Positions 21,413-34,176 of a stretch of DNA of 64,000 bases are shown here, piece by piece; positions within the stretch are counted from its first letter, which is position 1, and the number at the start of each line of letters is the position of its first letter. The DNA comes from Macrostomum lignano (lineage: Eukaryota), in assembly GCA_002269645.1 (NCBI GenBank), contig NIVC01002190.1, positions 62,001 through 126,000 of the forward strand, given 5' to 3'. Below the pieces are notes generated by a model, which saw nothing but the letters and a program-made list of their open reading frames with translations, made no database searches and had not been told where the DNA came from. Both the position numbers and the translations under genes were made by a program.

Positions 21413-24400
21413 TCAATTCATATCCATATACTTAATACCAAGCATTGATCGCAGATTTTCAAACTGATGCCTGGGAATTGGCTTTGTTAGAATGTCCGCC
21501 AGCATTTCCTTTGTCGGACAGTATTCCAGTTTCACAGTACCAGCTTGAATAGCATCTCGAATAAAATGATAGCGGATGTCAATATGCTTTGTCCGCTTGT
21601 GTCGAATCGGATTTTTTGACATTGCAATGGCTCCTTGATTGTCCAGTGACATTGGCACCCAAATCGCTTACAAGTCGACGAAGCCATATTGCCTCCTGTG
21701 TCGCAGAGGCAAGGGCCATATACTCAGCTTCTGTCGTTGACAACGCCACCGTGGTTTGCTTTTGACTTAACCATGTTACTGCTCCACCGGCCATAATGAA
21801 GACACTTCCAGTGACTGAGCGTCTGCTATCCAAGTCCGACGCCCAATCAGCGTCTGAGTAGCCAATGATCTCGGTACTTCCAGACTTCTCATATTTCAGA
21901 ACGACGTCCGATGAGCCTTTCAGGTATCGAAGAATTCTCTTGGCAGCGGTGAGATGAGCGTCAGTTGGTTTGGAATTGAATTTCGATACTGCTCCCACTG
22001 CTTGAGCAATGTCTGGCCGTGTAGCGATCGCTGCGTACAATAGGCTGCCTACAATTGATTGATAGGCCTTTGGATCCACGAATTTGCTGTAGCCATCGTT
22101 TTCAACGAGCTTGACGCTTGAATCCATTGGGGTTGTGGCTGGGTTTGCTTCCAACATTTTAAACTTCTTCAGTAGTTGCATAATGTATTGCTTCTGATGA
22201 AGTTGAAGAAATCGTCTCTCTGAGTCAATCACTATTGTCACTCCTAAACAGTAATGAAGCTCTCCCATATCTTTCATCTTGAATCGTCGAGTGAATTCCT
22301 CCTTGATACTCTGCATTTCATCCATAGTATCAGTAGCCATCACCCAGTCGTCAACATAAACCGCAATGATTGACATGTTTCCAAGTTTGCGAGCGAACAC
22401 ACATGGGTCTGCTCCACTTTCCTTGAATCCAATCGAGATTAGGTAATCACAGAGGGCCTTGTTCCAACACCGGGGTGATTGCTTTAGACCATATAGCGAT
22501 CTTTTCAGCTTGCAGACTAAATTCTCTTTGTCGCATTTAACGTATCCGGGTGGTTGATCCATGAAGATTTTTTCTGTTAAATGTCCGTTTAGAAATGCAG
22601 TGACCACATCCATTTGATGAATGTGCATTTCTCGTTGAGTTGCGAATGCCAGTATAGTACGGATTGATGAGAATCTTACCACAGGAGAAAACGTCTCGTC
22701 ATAATCCACTCCAGGTTGTTGAGAATACCCTTTGGCAACCAGGCGTCCTTTGAATCGTTCAATGTTTCCGCAGCTGTCATGCTTCACTTTGAATATCCAC
22801 TTGCAGCCAACAGTCTTTCGTCCTTCTGGAAGAGAAACTAATTCCCACGTATCATTTTCTATCAGAGAGTTGTATTCCGAGTCTGTTGCTTCTTTTCATT
22901 CCTTCGCATTGTCACAACTCCAAGCCTCGTCAATCGATCTGGGTTCCAAAATCTCCATGGCTCGAAAAGCACGATGTTGTGGCTCTGTTGTACTTAGGCT
23001 AGCTACTTCGAAGTTCTCATTGTATTGAAAACGCTCTGGGGTTTTCCTTTGTCGCGTGGTCGTTGGCAGAATTTGTTGGATTTCAGTTTCAATTTCTTCA
23101 TTCGGAGTTGTTCGGCTGTTGTGCTCGTCGAGGTTCACTTCCATATGTGAATTTATCTTTTCATTGTTCTGCTGGAAATCATTCAACTTTCCGAAGTCTC
23201 CCTCATTGAAGATGACATCGTAACGAACAACTGTTTTCCTAGTTCTTTCGTCAAACAATCTGTAGCCCTTTTGATTGTCACTGTAGCCAACGAACCTAAG
23301 CTTGGTAGTCTTCTTATCAAGTTTTTGTCTCTCTACTGTAGGAATGTGAGCATAAGCTACACAGCCAAACGTTCGAAGGTGTGAGATGTTTGGCTTTCGT
23401 CCACACCATCTTTCGTAGGGTGTCATCATTGGCGCTACCGAGTTCGTCGGGACTCTGTTGCGGATATACGCGGCTGTGTTGATGGCTTCTGCCCAATAAG
23501 CATTGCTAAGACCAGCATGAGTTATCATTGTTCTAGCAGATTCGATGAGAGTACGGTTCATTCTTTCAGCAACACCGTTCTGATCTGGTGTGTGGGCAAC
23601 CGAAATTTTGTGTCGAATTCCTTTTGCAAGTAAAAACGCAGAAAATTCCTTTGACATGTACTCTCCTCCACCATCAGTTCGGAGAACTTTTATTGTTTTT
23701 TCAGTCTCATTAGTCACCTGCGCTTGGAATTCCTTAAACTTCTGGAAGACTTCAGACTTAGTCTTCAGAAAATAGACCTTCACAATGCGAGAGAAGTCAT
23801 CGATGAAAGTCGCAAAAAATCGATTCCCGCCAAACGACTGCGTCTGCATTGGTCCACAAATGTCACTGTGCACAAGTTGCAGTACTTCTGATGAGCGAAT
23901 TTCTCCCACTGATTTGTGATTCTTTCGATGTGCCTTTCCTTCAACGCACGCTTCACAGAAATTCATATCACTCACAATGGAAGTGTCAGTACCCTCGACG
24001 TACCTTTTCTTGAATAGTTGTTCGAGTTGATTTCTGTGGAGATGTCCTAGACGTTGATGCCACAAATTGGCAGTTTCGAGCTCTGACTTTGTAGTCGTTA
24101 CTGCAGCTGTAGCTAAGTTGCAATCTACATCACACTCAAGTTGGTACAATCGATCAACTAGTGTTCCAAAGCCTACTAGCTTCCTTGTTTGGTTTCGAAT
24201 CCAGCACCTAGTGTGACCAAACTGAATGACATTGTTCTTAAGTGTAGCCGCACGTACACTGAACAGATTGCAGGCTAGTCTAGGTACGAAAAGTACAGAT
24301 CCAAGTACTGCGTTAGAACGCTCACCACCAGGGAGTCTCGTGACGATGTCCACTCGTCCAGTTCCGTAAGCTTGAACTGTTCGCCCGTCTCCGAGCCCTA

Positions 24401-25338
24401 CATTTTCCGGTTCATCGAATTCAGTGTAGTCTTTTAGAGCATTCCTTTGACAGGTCATATGTCTTGTCGCACCAGAGTCAATTATCCACCGTGCAGTTGT
24501 GTCCTGAGGACCAGTTTCTTCAGAGGTAAGAAATGTAGCGGCACTATCGGCTATCTCGTTGTCCAGGTTCGGATTCGAATGACTCGTACTTTCTGCGGTT
24601 TTAGCTTTATGCAGAGTCGATTTTGAGTTTTGCTGCCTGTTGCTCACGTTGAACCTGCACTCTCTACTGAAGTGTCCTTCCTTGCCACATGTGCAGCACT
24701 TAATTGGTCTGCGTCCCTTAAATTTGTCAACACGAAGAGCAGATTCCGAATCACGGGATTCGTATTTCATAGTTTCACTTCGTTTCATTTCTTCATTAAG
24801 CAGTGCTTGTTGAACCGTCAGCAAAGTCAGCTCCTCTTCCTTTCGGGTCTCCAGAGCCGTAACCAGACGACTGTAGCTGTCAGGTAGACTGCTAAGAAGA
24901 ATCACAACCTGGTCTTCGTCAGACACAGCAGCATTAATGGACGCCAGCTTGTCAGTTAACTCCTTCAGACAGCGAAATGTGCTCCTGAACTGGAGTCCCA
25001 TCAGTCATCTGCAGTCTAAATAGTTTTTTCTTCAAAAACAACTTGTTGGCAGTCGAGTCACGTTCGAAATGACCACATAAAATTTGCCACATCTGCCTCG
25101 GATCATCATCGCATGTAGTCACAAGGTAGATGTACTCACTGCTGAGAGACAGAACTATCATTGCTGCTGCTCGCTGTTGCTGTTCCTTGAATTCATTGTG
25201 TCGTGCTTCATTTGCGTCTTGCTGAAGAACATCTTCTCCGGTAGCTATGCCCCAGAGTCTTCTTGCGATTAAGCAATGTTTCATTTGGATTTTCCACGTC
25301 ATCCAATTGTCCTTCGTGAGCTTCTCTATGTGCCCCAT
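21413..25338 (-). pseudogene. Copia gag-pol polyprotein with three lesions
   Basis: Extra T near 24978 (CACATTTCGC) shifts gag; in-frame TGA at 22898-22896 where W is expected (AKE*KEATDSEY); small deletion/frameshift near 21650 before DNQGAI. Confidence 0.93.
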
Positions 25339-25539
25339 TTTTCTTCGCTTGCAGCCATAGCAACGTAACTGATCGACCGAGCGATCAAGTTTCCAGATGG
25401 CACGAAGAACCAGATTACCAGAATGATCTAGTACATCGAAGTACTCGCAGTGGCCTCGGCTGGGCCCATAACCTGTTGAAATTTGCTTCTTTTAATTAAG
25501 TATATTTTATCAGTTTGAACAAAAAGAAATACACAAGAT

Positions 25540-26420
25540 GAAAAATTGAGCAGTTTGGGGGGCACTTAAAGTATTCCTTTTTACGTTCTATTTGATAAAA
25601 ACTGCAACCAATTTGGCCACGGCTCAGCCTGACGCAGCCGCAGCAATTTTCCATAGACAGCCACCGCTAGCGGCAACCAATTTGGTAAAAACTGCGAGCT
25701 ATTTTGCCAGCTTGAAGATAGCAGCAGCTCAATAGCATAACAATAACGATAAAGAATGTTAACAATACATGCACGAAGTCAGAACATTATGTCCTCAGCA
25801 TTCAAGCACCGATTGAAGTACGTCTGGGAATGGTTGATCCAGCGCAGGCACTTGAGAGGCGTGAGAGGCAGTAGGTTGACCTTCGACGAATTGAACAATG
25901 GTGTCCACCATAGCCTCCGTCAGCGCCATCCTCTTCACTCCTCCTTTTGGCAGAGTGCCAACTCTACCAGTTCGTTCATACGTGGTCACGATGTTCCTCA
26001 CTGTCGGTTTCTTCATCCCCATCATTCTGCCAAGCTCTCCCCAGTCGTCGCCACTCCTGTACGCTCTCACGATTCGCTCTCGATCCAGCTGACTTATCTT
26101 TTGGTACGGCCCACGATTCGCCATCAGAGCAGCTGCTATCTTCAAGCTGGCAAAATAGCTCGCAGTTTTTACCAAATTGGTTGCCGCTAGCGGTGGCTGT
26201 CTATGGAAAATTCTATGCCTATGGTCAGGCTGAGCCGTGGCCAAATTGGTTGCAGTTTTTATCAAATAGAACGTAAAAAGGTATATTAGCGTTTTTGCGA
26301 TATGAACTAACAACCATAGATATATCGGAACGATACTGTATTGGATATTTATTGAACTTTCTAGAAAGGGATCCGCACAGCTATTTGCATTAACAATATT
26401 ATGTATCTGACAATTACTAT
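25540..26420 (-). mobile_element. Internally deleted IS630/Tc1/mariner-like DNA transposon nested in the copia 5' LTR
   Basis: 881-bp interruption of the LTR; ~155-bp inverted arms 25576-25730 and 26127-26281; ORF from ATG 26124 encodes a paired-type HTH (RERIVRAY..GELGRMMGMKKPTVRNIVTTYERTG); out-of-frame C-terminal remnant LRWINHSQTYFNRCLNAEDI. Confidence 0.8.
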
Positions 26421-26957
26421 ATAAAGTACTAAAAGTACGAGCTATATACTATAAACAACATTTGGGGCGATTCTCCAAGTGGTTTGGGGAATCGGGACGA
26501 TTCGCCATCTGTGGATTTGGAGCGATTTTTAGACGATTCATATCCGACCTCTCCAATTCAATTTTGAACCGCAAGTAGGCCTTTATCTACTTGTAGTAGC
26601 ATGTGCATAATTAAGGAGTGCAACATCTTTCTACTTGTTTTTTTAAAAGTACTTGACTTTATAAATTGAGCTAATCAATTTATTCCTGGAGTCCCCAACC
26701 AGAGTGCGTATGTACCCTTGACCAAAGGGCGACTCTCAAGCTCCTAATATCCACACACCCTCAATAAGTAGTTAATTAACGAGTCTAATTATCGCGCTAC
26801 GAGTGTAAAGTTCTATTTCTCAGTGCTCGGAAAGACTTGATAAAAGTGCTTGTACACAAAAAATTGTTTAGTGCAATTTTCACCTACGATGGCCAACCAA
26901 AAGTCGATTGTCGCCCATAAGCCTCCTCCCCGTGCATACATGTACATCCCTAATGTA

Positions 26958-27246
26958 GGAGCCTGTCACTAGCTGGTCAGAGCGTCGAACTCACGACTGA
27001 AAGGTCGGGGGTTCGATTCTCGACCCACTCGGAACAATTTGTGTCCTTGAGTTTAGACACTTAACTCTGCTTTGCATTGCTTCAGTTCTAAAATGGGTGC
27101 CAGCATTAGCTGGGGTAAAATTGGTGTGTGTGGCGACCCCCCCAGTCCTTGGACTGAACAGCCGTACGCAGCCTTCAGATGCGCCGCGCAATAGCTGCGG
27201 CTGAGCCATCGGTTGTCAATAAGGCAGGTGTAATCGTTATTTTTAT
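26958..27246 (+). mobile_element. tRNA-derived SINE with a CORE-like central domain
   Basis: A-box-like TAGCTGGTCAGAGC, B-box GGTTCGATTC; TGTGTCCTTGAG..GACACTTTAACTC..AAAATGGG resembles the SINE CORE; TTA-rich tail; 7-bp TSD TAATGTA (26951-26957, 27247-27253). Confidence 0.75.
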
Positions 27247-27550
27247 TAATGTACAAAAAATCAATAAAAAGTCTAACAAAAACAACTATTTTATATTTTA
27301 TTCAAAACAGAAATAAAAAATATAGAAAAGATGTGTCAATAAGAAATTCGATCAAACAATTAAATCAGGTAAAAAGTCACTAATACAAAAAATGAATTGA
27401 ATAAGAAATTTAGCTAAAAAAATTGAAAGCATAAATAGATATCAAGAACTGTAGAAAACAAATGCAAATAGCACACCGAGAAGCAACAAAACAGCTGATT
27501 GCAATTGTACAGAGCAGTCATCCAATCAAACTGCAATCAATGTGCCGAAG

Positions 27551-29074
27551 TCAGCAGTCCGGCTCCACAACGATGCAGCAGCTGCCGGCATCGACAGATG
27601 AGGCGGGCTCGAACACAGCTGAGCAGAGGCGGGGCCGGTTGGGCCAGTCGCTAGTCAGGGTCACGTGACGAAGCCGAATAGCCGCGTGGCGACCGAGAAG
27701 CTGCTGGAGGCTGGCCAGGGGAGGCTGGCACAGGCGGGGCAGGTTGGCGGCTGTTTCTGATTGGCTGAGACTGCTGGGACTCGACTGCATCCTGACTAGG
27801 ATGGTCAGCCAGCACCGGCTGTCATCTGCTCCTCCGGCGTCCATCGGATCGCACACCTGCTAGTGCAGCGGGCAGCGATGCTGGGCTAATGCTTCTGGGC
27901 TAATGGCTGGTGATGCTGGGCTAAAGCTTCTGGGCTAATGGCTGATGATGCTGGGCTAATGCTTCTGGGCTACTGGCTGATGATGCTGGGCTAATGCTTC
28001 TGGGCTACTGGCTCATGATGCTGGGCTAATGCTTCTGGGCTACTGGCTGATGATGCTGGGCTAATGGCTGGTGATGCTGGGCTAAAGCTTCTGGGCTAAT
28101 GGCTGATGATGCTGGGCTAATGCTTCTGGGCTACTGGCTGATGATGCTGGGCTAATGCTTCTGGGCTACTGGCTGATGATGCTGGGCTAATGGCTGATGA
28201 TGCTGGGCTAATGCTTCTGAGCTAATGGCTGGTGATGCTGGGCTAATGGCTAATGCTTCTGGGCCATTAGCCCATAATGGCTGGTGATGCTGGGCTAATG
28301 CTTCTGGGCTAATGGCTGGTGATGCTGGGCTAATGCTTCTGGGCTAATGGCTGATGATGCTGGGCTAATGCTTCTGGGCTAATGGCTGATGATGCTGGGC
28401 TAATGCTTCTGGGCTAATGGCTGATGATGCTGGGCTAATGGCTGGTGATGCTGGGCTAATGCTTCTGGGCTACTGGCTGATGATGCTGGGCTAATGCTTC
28501 TGGGCTACTGGCTGATGATGCTGGGCTAATGGCTGATGATGCTGGGCTAATGCTTCTGGGCTAATGGCTGATGATGCTGGGCTAATGCTTCTGGGCTAAT
28601 GGCTGATGATGCTGGGCTAATGGCTGGTGATGCTGGGCTAATGCTTCTGGGCTAATATAAATAAAACAAAAGCATGACTGGCACCTGAAAAACCAGATGC
28701 TGAGAATGTTTCCCATTAGTAGTTGGAGCATCGCAGCCTGAGCACATAATGAAGTGGCCAAGCACCAGCCCCGGCCAGATTGGATGGCCCAGCTGACTGG
28801 CCCAGCCCTTGTCGCCCAAATCCGCATCATGAACTCGATAGCTATCAATAGGGTCCATGCAGGCGGCCAGGTGAGTCATAAACCTTGCCCAGCCAACCAG
28901 CTTGGCTAGTCGAGCGCACTCAGACCGATGGCTGGACCAGTGAGCCACCTGGCAGGCGCGGCAGCAATAACTGGCGTTCCGGCAGCGGCCGCACAGCTGA
29001 CAGTCCCGACTGGCCGAGCAGTTCAGGCAGATCTGCGAGCGGTGCCGCAGTTGCTGGGCGGCCGAGTCTGCCAT
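27551..29074 (-). CDS. Two-exon MYND-type zinc-finger protein (~231 aa) with an unrecognised C-terminal domain
   Basis: Exon 29074-28685 (CLNC..CGRC..YCCRACQVAHWSSHRSEC) and exon 27856-27551; phase-0 GT-AG intron filled with a minisatellite. Confidence 0.82.
27885..28652. repeat. 35/20-bp minisatellite (ATGCTGGGCTAATGCTTCTGGGCTAATGGCTGATG) in the MYND intron
   Basis: Direct. Confidence 0.95.
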
Positions 29075-29117
29075 GAAAATTGCAGGAGATGTCAGTCACT
29101 CAGTATAAGGCAGTCCC

Positions 29118-29625
29118 CAGGATTTGGGGCGATTCTCTAGGTGGATTTGGGGCGATTCTCCAGGTGGATTTGGGGCGATTCTCTAGGTGGATTTGGGGCG
29201 ATTCTCTAGGTGGATTTGGGGCGATTCTCAGGTTGGATTTGAGGCGATTATCCAGGTGGATTTGAGCGATTCTCCAGGTGGATTTGAGCGATTCTCCAGG
29301 TGGATTTGGGCGATTCTCCAGGTGGATTTGGGGCGATTCTCCAGGTGGATTTGGGGCGATTCTCCAGGTGGATTTGGGGCGATTCTCCAGGTGGATTTAG
29401 GGCGATTCTCTAGGTGGATTTGGGGCGATTCTCCAGGTGGATTTAAGGCGATTCTCTAGGTGGATTTGGGGCGATTCTCCAGGTGGATTTGGGGCGATTC
29501 TCTAGGTGGATTTGGGGCGATTCTCCAGGTAGATTTGGGGCGATTCTAAAAGTGGTTTTGGGGCGATTTTCTAGGTGGATTTGGGGCAATTCTCTAGGTG
29601 GCTTTGGGGAAATTCCCCAGGTGGT
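29118..29625. repeat. Second array of the 23-bp GGTGGATTTGGGGCGATTCTCCA family
   Basis: Same unit and orientation as 20498-21181. Confidence 0.95.
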
Positions 29626-29934
29626 TTTGGGACAACTATCCCCCTCCCGCTGAACATCAGAGAAAGAACACAAACAACTGAGACGAACAGTTTCAACAGA
29701 TGTACAAAACCCCTTTGGAACAGATTTCTTTATTTAACCAAATCCACAAGAAGCCGTCACGTTAAAGATCACCCAGTGCTTAGTATTCAGTAGTAACAAC
29801 AGACTCAAATGGGCTTTGAAATGGACAGAATATGCTTATTATAAAAACGGGAGGCGAAACTGCCATGCAACTGAGACGGGTGGTACATGTAGAGACGAAA
29901 ATTGGAATATGAAGTAATAGCAGAGCAGTTTGAT

Positions 29935-30870
29935 ACCGGATGTGGGTCATTACACTACTGGATGTGGGCCATCACACTAACCGGATGTGGGCCAGTACAT
30001 TAACCGGATTTAGGCCATTACATTAACTGGATGTTGGTCATTACACCAAACGGATGTTGGTCATTACACTAACCGGATGTGGGTCATTACACTAACCGGA
30101 TGTGGGTCATTACACTACTAGATGTGGGCCATCACACTAACCGGATGTGGGCCAGTACATTAACCGGATTTAGGCCATTACATTAACTGGATGTTGGTCA
30201 TTACACCAAACGGATGTTGGTCATTACACTAACCGTATGTGGGTCATTACACTAACCGGATGTGGGTCATTACACTTACCGGATGTGGGTGATTACACTT
30301 ACCGGATGTGGGTCATTACACTAAACAGGTGTGGGTCATTACATTAACTGGATGTGGGTCATCACACTAGCCGGATGTGGGTCATTACACTAGCCGGATG
30401 TGGGTCATTACACTAAACAGGTGTGGGTCATTACATTAGCTGGATGTGGGTCATTGCACTTACCGGATGTGGGTCATTACACTAAACAGGTGTGGGTCAT
30501 TACATTAACTGGATGTGGGTCATCACACTAGCCGGATGTGGGTCATTACACTAGCCGGATGTGGGTCATTACACTAAACAGATGTGGGTCATTACACTAA
30601 CCGGATGTGGGTCATTACACTAACCGGATGTGGGTCATTACACTAAACAGGTGTGGGTCATTACATTAACTGGATGTGGGTCATCACACTAGCCGGATGT
30701 GGGTCATTACACTAGCCGGATGTGGGTCATTACACTAAACAGATGTGGGTCATTACACTAACCGGATGTGGGTCATTACACTAACCGGATGTGGGTCATT
30801 ACACTAAACAGGTGTGGGTCATTACATTAACTGGATGTGGGTCATTGCACTTACCGGATGTGGGTCATTA
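29935..30870. repeat. 23-bp minisatellite GGATGTGGGTCATTACACTAACC
   Basis: Direct. Confidence 0.96.
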
Positions 30871-31357
30871 CTCCATAAGGAAACACGAGACAGGCAGACT
30901 CAGCAGGAAGGGGCAATACAAAAACAATAGAGCATGCAGGTATGAGTACACAGAGACACTAGCTGGGGTCGCCCCATCCCACCAAGATAAACGGCGCACA
31001 TCAGTGTTAAATGCGGCGCCCAGACAGACACGCAAAAATTTGGTTCGAAGCGATATAATTTGGAGATAACTAATAATTACCAATTAACAGACTAATAGTT
31101 AATGAGACACAACAGGAAACAATGTTTCTAATCGTTAGTTAATAAATGAACAAGTTCACACATTAACAAGCCCGCTAGCATTAAACAAATAGTCGCATTA
31201 AGCACAATATAGATAGAAGAAGTACATTATGTTACACTAGACGGGTGTGCAAGCGAAACTCGTCCACAATTCAGCTAGACTAAGAAGCTTGCTGGACAAT
31301 ACGAAAACCCGCGCCTCCAAGACGGAACCCCACCGGTGCGGACAGCGGCCGCGGATC

Positions 31358-34176
31358 TCAGTTCGTAAAGATTTCAATGTAGCGAGTGCCTGCATCGGAG
31401 TTGCGAAGGGGCTAAGTTGTTAGGGGCCGTGATAGTTTGAGATATTGAATAAAACATTTCAGTTTATTGGAAGGCTTTACATGATGGTTAGGGCGTGTGG
31501 AAATAATTCATGGGGATCTAGAGCATGTGGGGATAATTTATGGGGATCTAGGAGATTTGGGGATAATTCATGGGGATCGAAGGCGTTTGGGAATAATACT
31601 TCATGGGGATCTAGGGGATTTGGGGATAATTCATGGGGATCTAGAGCATTTGGAAATACTTTATGGGAATCTAGGGGATTTGGGGATAATTCATGGGGAT
31701 CTAGAGCATTTGGAAATACTTTATGGGAATCTAGGGGATTTGGGGATAATTCATAGGGATCTAGATCATTTGGAAATACTTTATGGGAATCTAGGGGATT
31801 TGGGGATAATTCATGGGATCTAGGGGATTTGGGGATAATTCATGGGGTTCTAGGGCATTTGAGGGTTAATAACTCATGGGATTTCGTGGGGATTGAGGAT
31901 AAGTAAAAAGATACTAACCAGACACCATGAGCCGCAACTCACCGATAACTTTGCCATTGTACTCGGCAGCCTGGCGGACCTCATCAGCTGACTGAAAGAA
32001 GGCGTCGGCCTCGCCGGAGCTCCGACCGCCGGGGTCGCGCCCGATCTGCACCCGGGTGGGCCGCAGCGGCGCGAAGAAGTCGTAGATTTCGGCCTCGCCG
32101 GCCGACCAGGGCAGGCCGCGCAGGTGGACGCGGAAGCCGTCGCCGACGCCCGGGCCGACCCCGCCGCGGTAGCCGCCGGGCTGGTGCATCGGCTGGTGCA
32201 TCGGCTGGTGCATCAGCTGGGGCGGCCCGCCCACGCCAGCTCCGCGCCCGCCGCCGCCGCCGCCGCCGGCCCTGTGCAGGAACAGGTCGACATAGCGGCT
32301 GCCCAGGTGCTGCTTGTTCTTTTCCATCGCCCGGCGACAGTCGGCTTCCGAATCAAAATCGACGTCGGCCTCGCCGCTTGGCCGGCCGTCCGGGTTGAAG
32401 CGAATCTCCACGTGGGCGGCGGTGAGCGGGGCAAAGAACTGCCGGATGTCCGATTCGCTGGCCGAGTACGGCAGGCCACGCATGTGCACCCAGTAACCCG
32501 TGGTCGACGCCCAATCGCTGCCAGGCGGCCCGCCGCCGCCGCCGCCGCCAAAGTCGCGGCGCATCCCGCCCGGGCCGCCGCCACCGTAGGGACTCGGCCT
32601 TGCGCCGCCGTAGCCGCCGGGGCCACCGCGGCCGCCGCGCATCGAGCCGCCGCCACTGGCCATAGCGCCAGAATAGTCGCCCATCTGAGGCCCGTAGTCG
32701 TAATCGTAGCCGTAGCCACCGCCGTAGGGTGGCGGCACCGCTGCGCCTCCGGCCGCGTACGGATCGCCTGTGAGAGTGCGATGGGACAAGCAAAAGATGG
32801 AGTCTCACTATGAGATAACAGTCCCGAAATCTCACCATGAGATTAAAGTACCGAAATCTCACTATGAGATAACAGTCCCGAAATCTGAGAATGAGAATGA
32901 TCCGAAATGACATTAAAGTACCGAAACCTCACTATGAGATAACAGTCACGAAATCTCACTATGAGATAACAGTCCCGAAATCTCACTATGAGATAACAGT
33001 TCCGAAATCTCACTATGAGATAACAGTCACAAAATCTCACTATGAGATAACAGTTCCGAAATCTCACTATGAGATAACAGTCACGAAATCTCACTAAGAG
33101 ATAACAGTTCCGAAATCTCACTATGAGATAATGAAATAACAGCCTTGAAATCTCAGTGGTTGCAGGTAACACAGGTACAATAGGAAAGAAGTGACTCTAG
33201 GCGACTCTGGGGCAGTAAAGTCGTATTTGAGGCATACTAGAGTCGTTGTATAGTCAGAATTGCGTCTAAAGCCCATCTGCTGTATGAATTAGAATCGCAT
33301 CTCGCAATAATAAAAACTCTGTTTAGTCTACTTAAGTTAGTAGAAAGTTAAGCGCTAATGACTCAACAGTCGCCTCTCCGTCGCATTTGGGTCATAAAAA
33401 GCTACAAGTGTCGCCCAAGAGTCGATAGAGTCACTAGTGGGGACAGTGGGGAAGGGTGGGGGGATATTCTAGGCACATCAAATGCGAACAAACGCCTCAC
33501 CTCCGGACGCCATCATCTGCTGCCTATTAGCCTCAGCGTACGCCTCAGCCATAGAGCTGGGGAACAGCTCAATGTAGCGGCTGCCCATATTCTGCCGGTT
33601 GCAGCTGCTCAAAGCACTGCTGGCAGTCTCCGGTGTGTCGAACTGCACGTAGGCCTCGCCGCTAGGCCTGCCGTCCTGGTTGTACACCATCAGGATGCCG
33701 TCCTTCACCACGTGAAAGCCGTGAAAGAACTCTCTGATGCCGTCGAAATCCGCGGCAAACGGCAGGCCGCGCATCCGCAGCACCGGCTCCCGGTTGTGCC
33801 CGCCGTAGGCGCCGGCGCCGCCCCCGCTGCTGTTGGCTGGCCGGCCAGTGGGTCCGGGGACTCCGGCGCCAGGGACCATGCGAGCTAGCTCGGCCTCGCT
33901 GGATTGGAACAGCTCCACATAGCGCCTGCCCATGTGCTGCTTGTCGTGCCTCATAGCCGCAGCGGCGTCGTCGGGTGTCTCAAAGACGACATAGGCCTCG
34001 CCGCTGGGCCGGCCAAGGTGGTCCTGGGTCAGGTGCACACCCTGCTGGCCCCGGCTGATGCTGCAGTCGTCAAAGAATTTCACAACATCGCTAGCCGTGG
34101 ATTCGAATGGCAGGCCGCGCATTCGAACTACACAGGACGGCCCGCCAGACGAATTGTTGGCATTGTTATAGCGCAT
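31358..34176 (-). CDS. HNRNPH/F: hnRNP F/H (glorund-like) RNA-binding protein with four quasi-RRMs
   Basis: Exons 34176-33501, 32767-31943, 31389-31358 (phase 1/1; last exon G|TRYIEIFTN*); four copies of xRGLP(F/Y/W)...GRxSGEA...RY(V/I)xLF; Gly/Tyr-rich linker. Confidence 0.93.
31500..31885. repeat. ~30-bp minisatellite GGGGATAATTCATGGGGATCTAGGGGATTT in hnRNP intron 2
   Basis: Direct. Confidence 0.93.
32805..33135. repeat. 27-bp minisatellite AAATCTCACTATGAGATAACAGTCCCG (each unit holds an ATCTCA-cta-TGAGAT hairpin) in hnRNP intron 1
   Basis: Direct. Confidence 0.94.

Larger units (their letters stand above)
21182..26460 (-). mobile_element. Ty1/copia LTR retrotransposon, full-length but disabled
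   Basis: LTRs TGTTG...CAACA at 21182-21287 and 25474-26460 (the latter interrupted); 5-bp TSD TTTGG; PBS GGTTATGGGCCCAG (25473-25460); PPT TAAGTGGGAG (21297-21288); domain order gag, CCHC knuckle, protease DSGA, integrase HxxxH/CxxC and DDE, RT YVDD, RNase H. Confidence 0.98.

Noticed and set aside
24960-25001. Programmed gag-pol frameshift in the copia
   Set aside because: Copia elements normally have one ORF; a single extra T in a T run plus two other lesions indicates decay or a sequencing error
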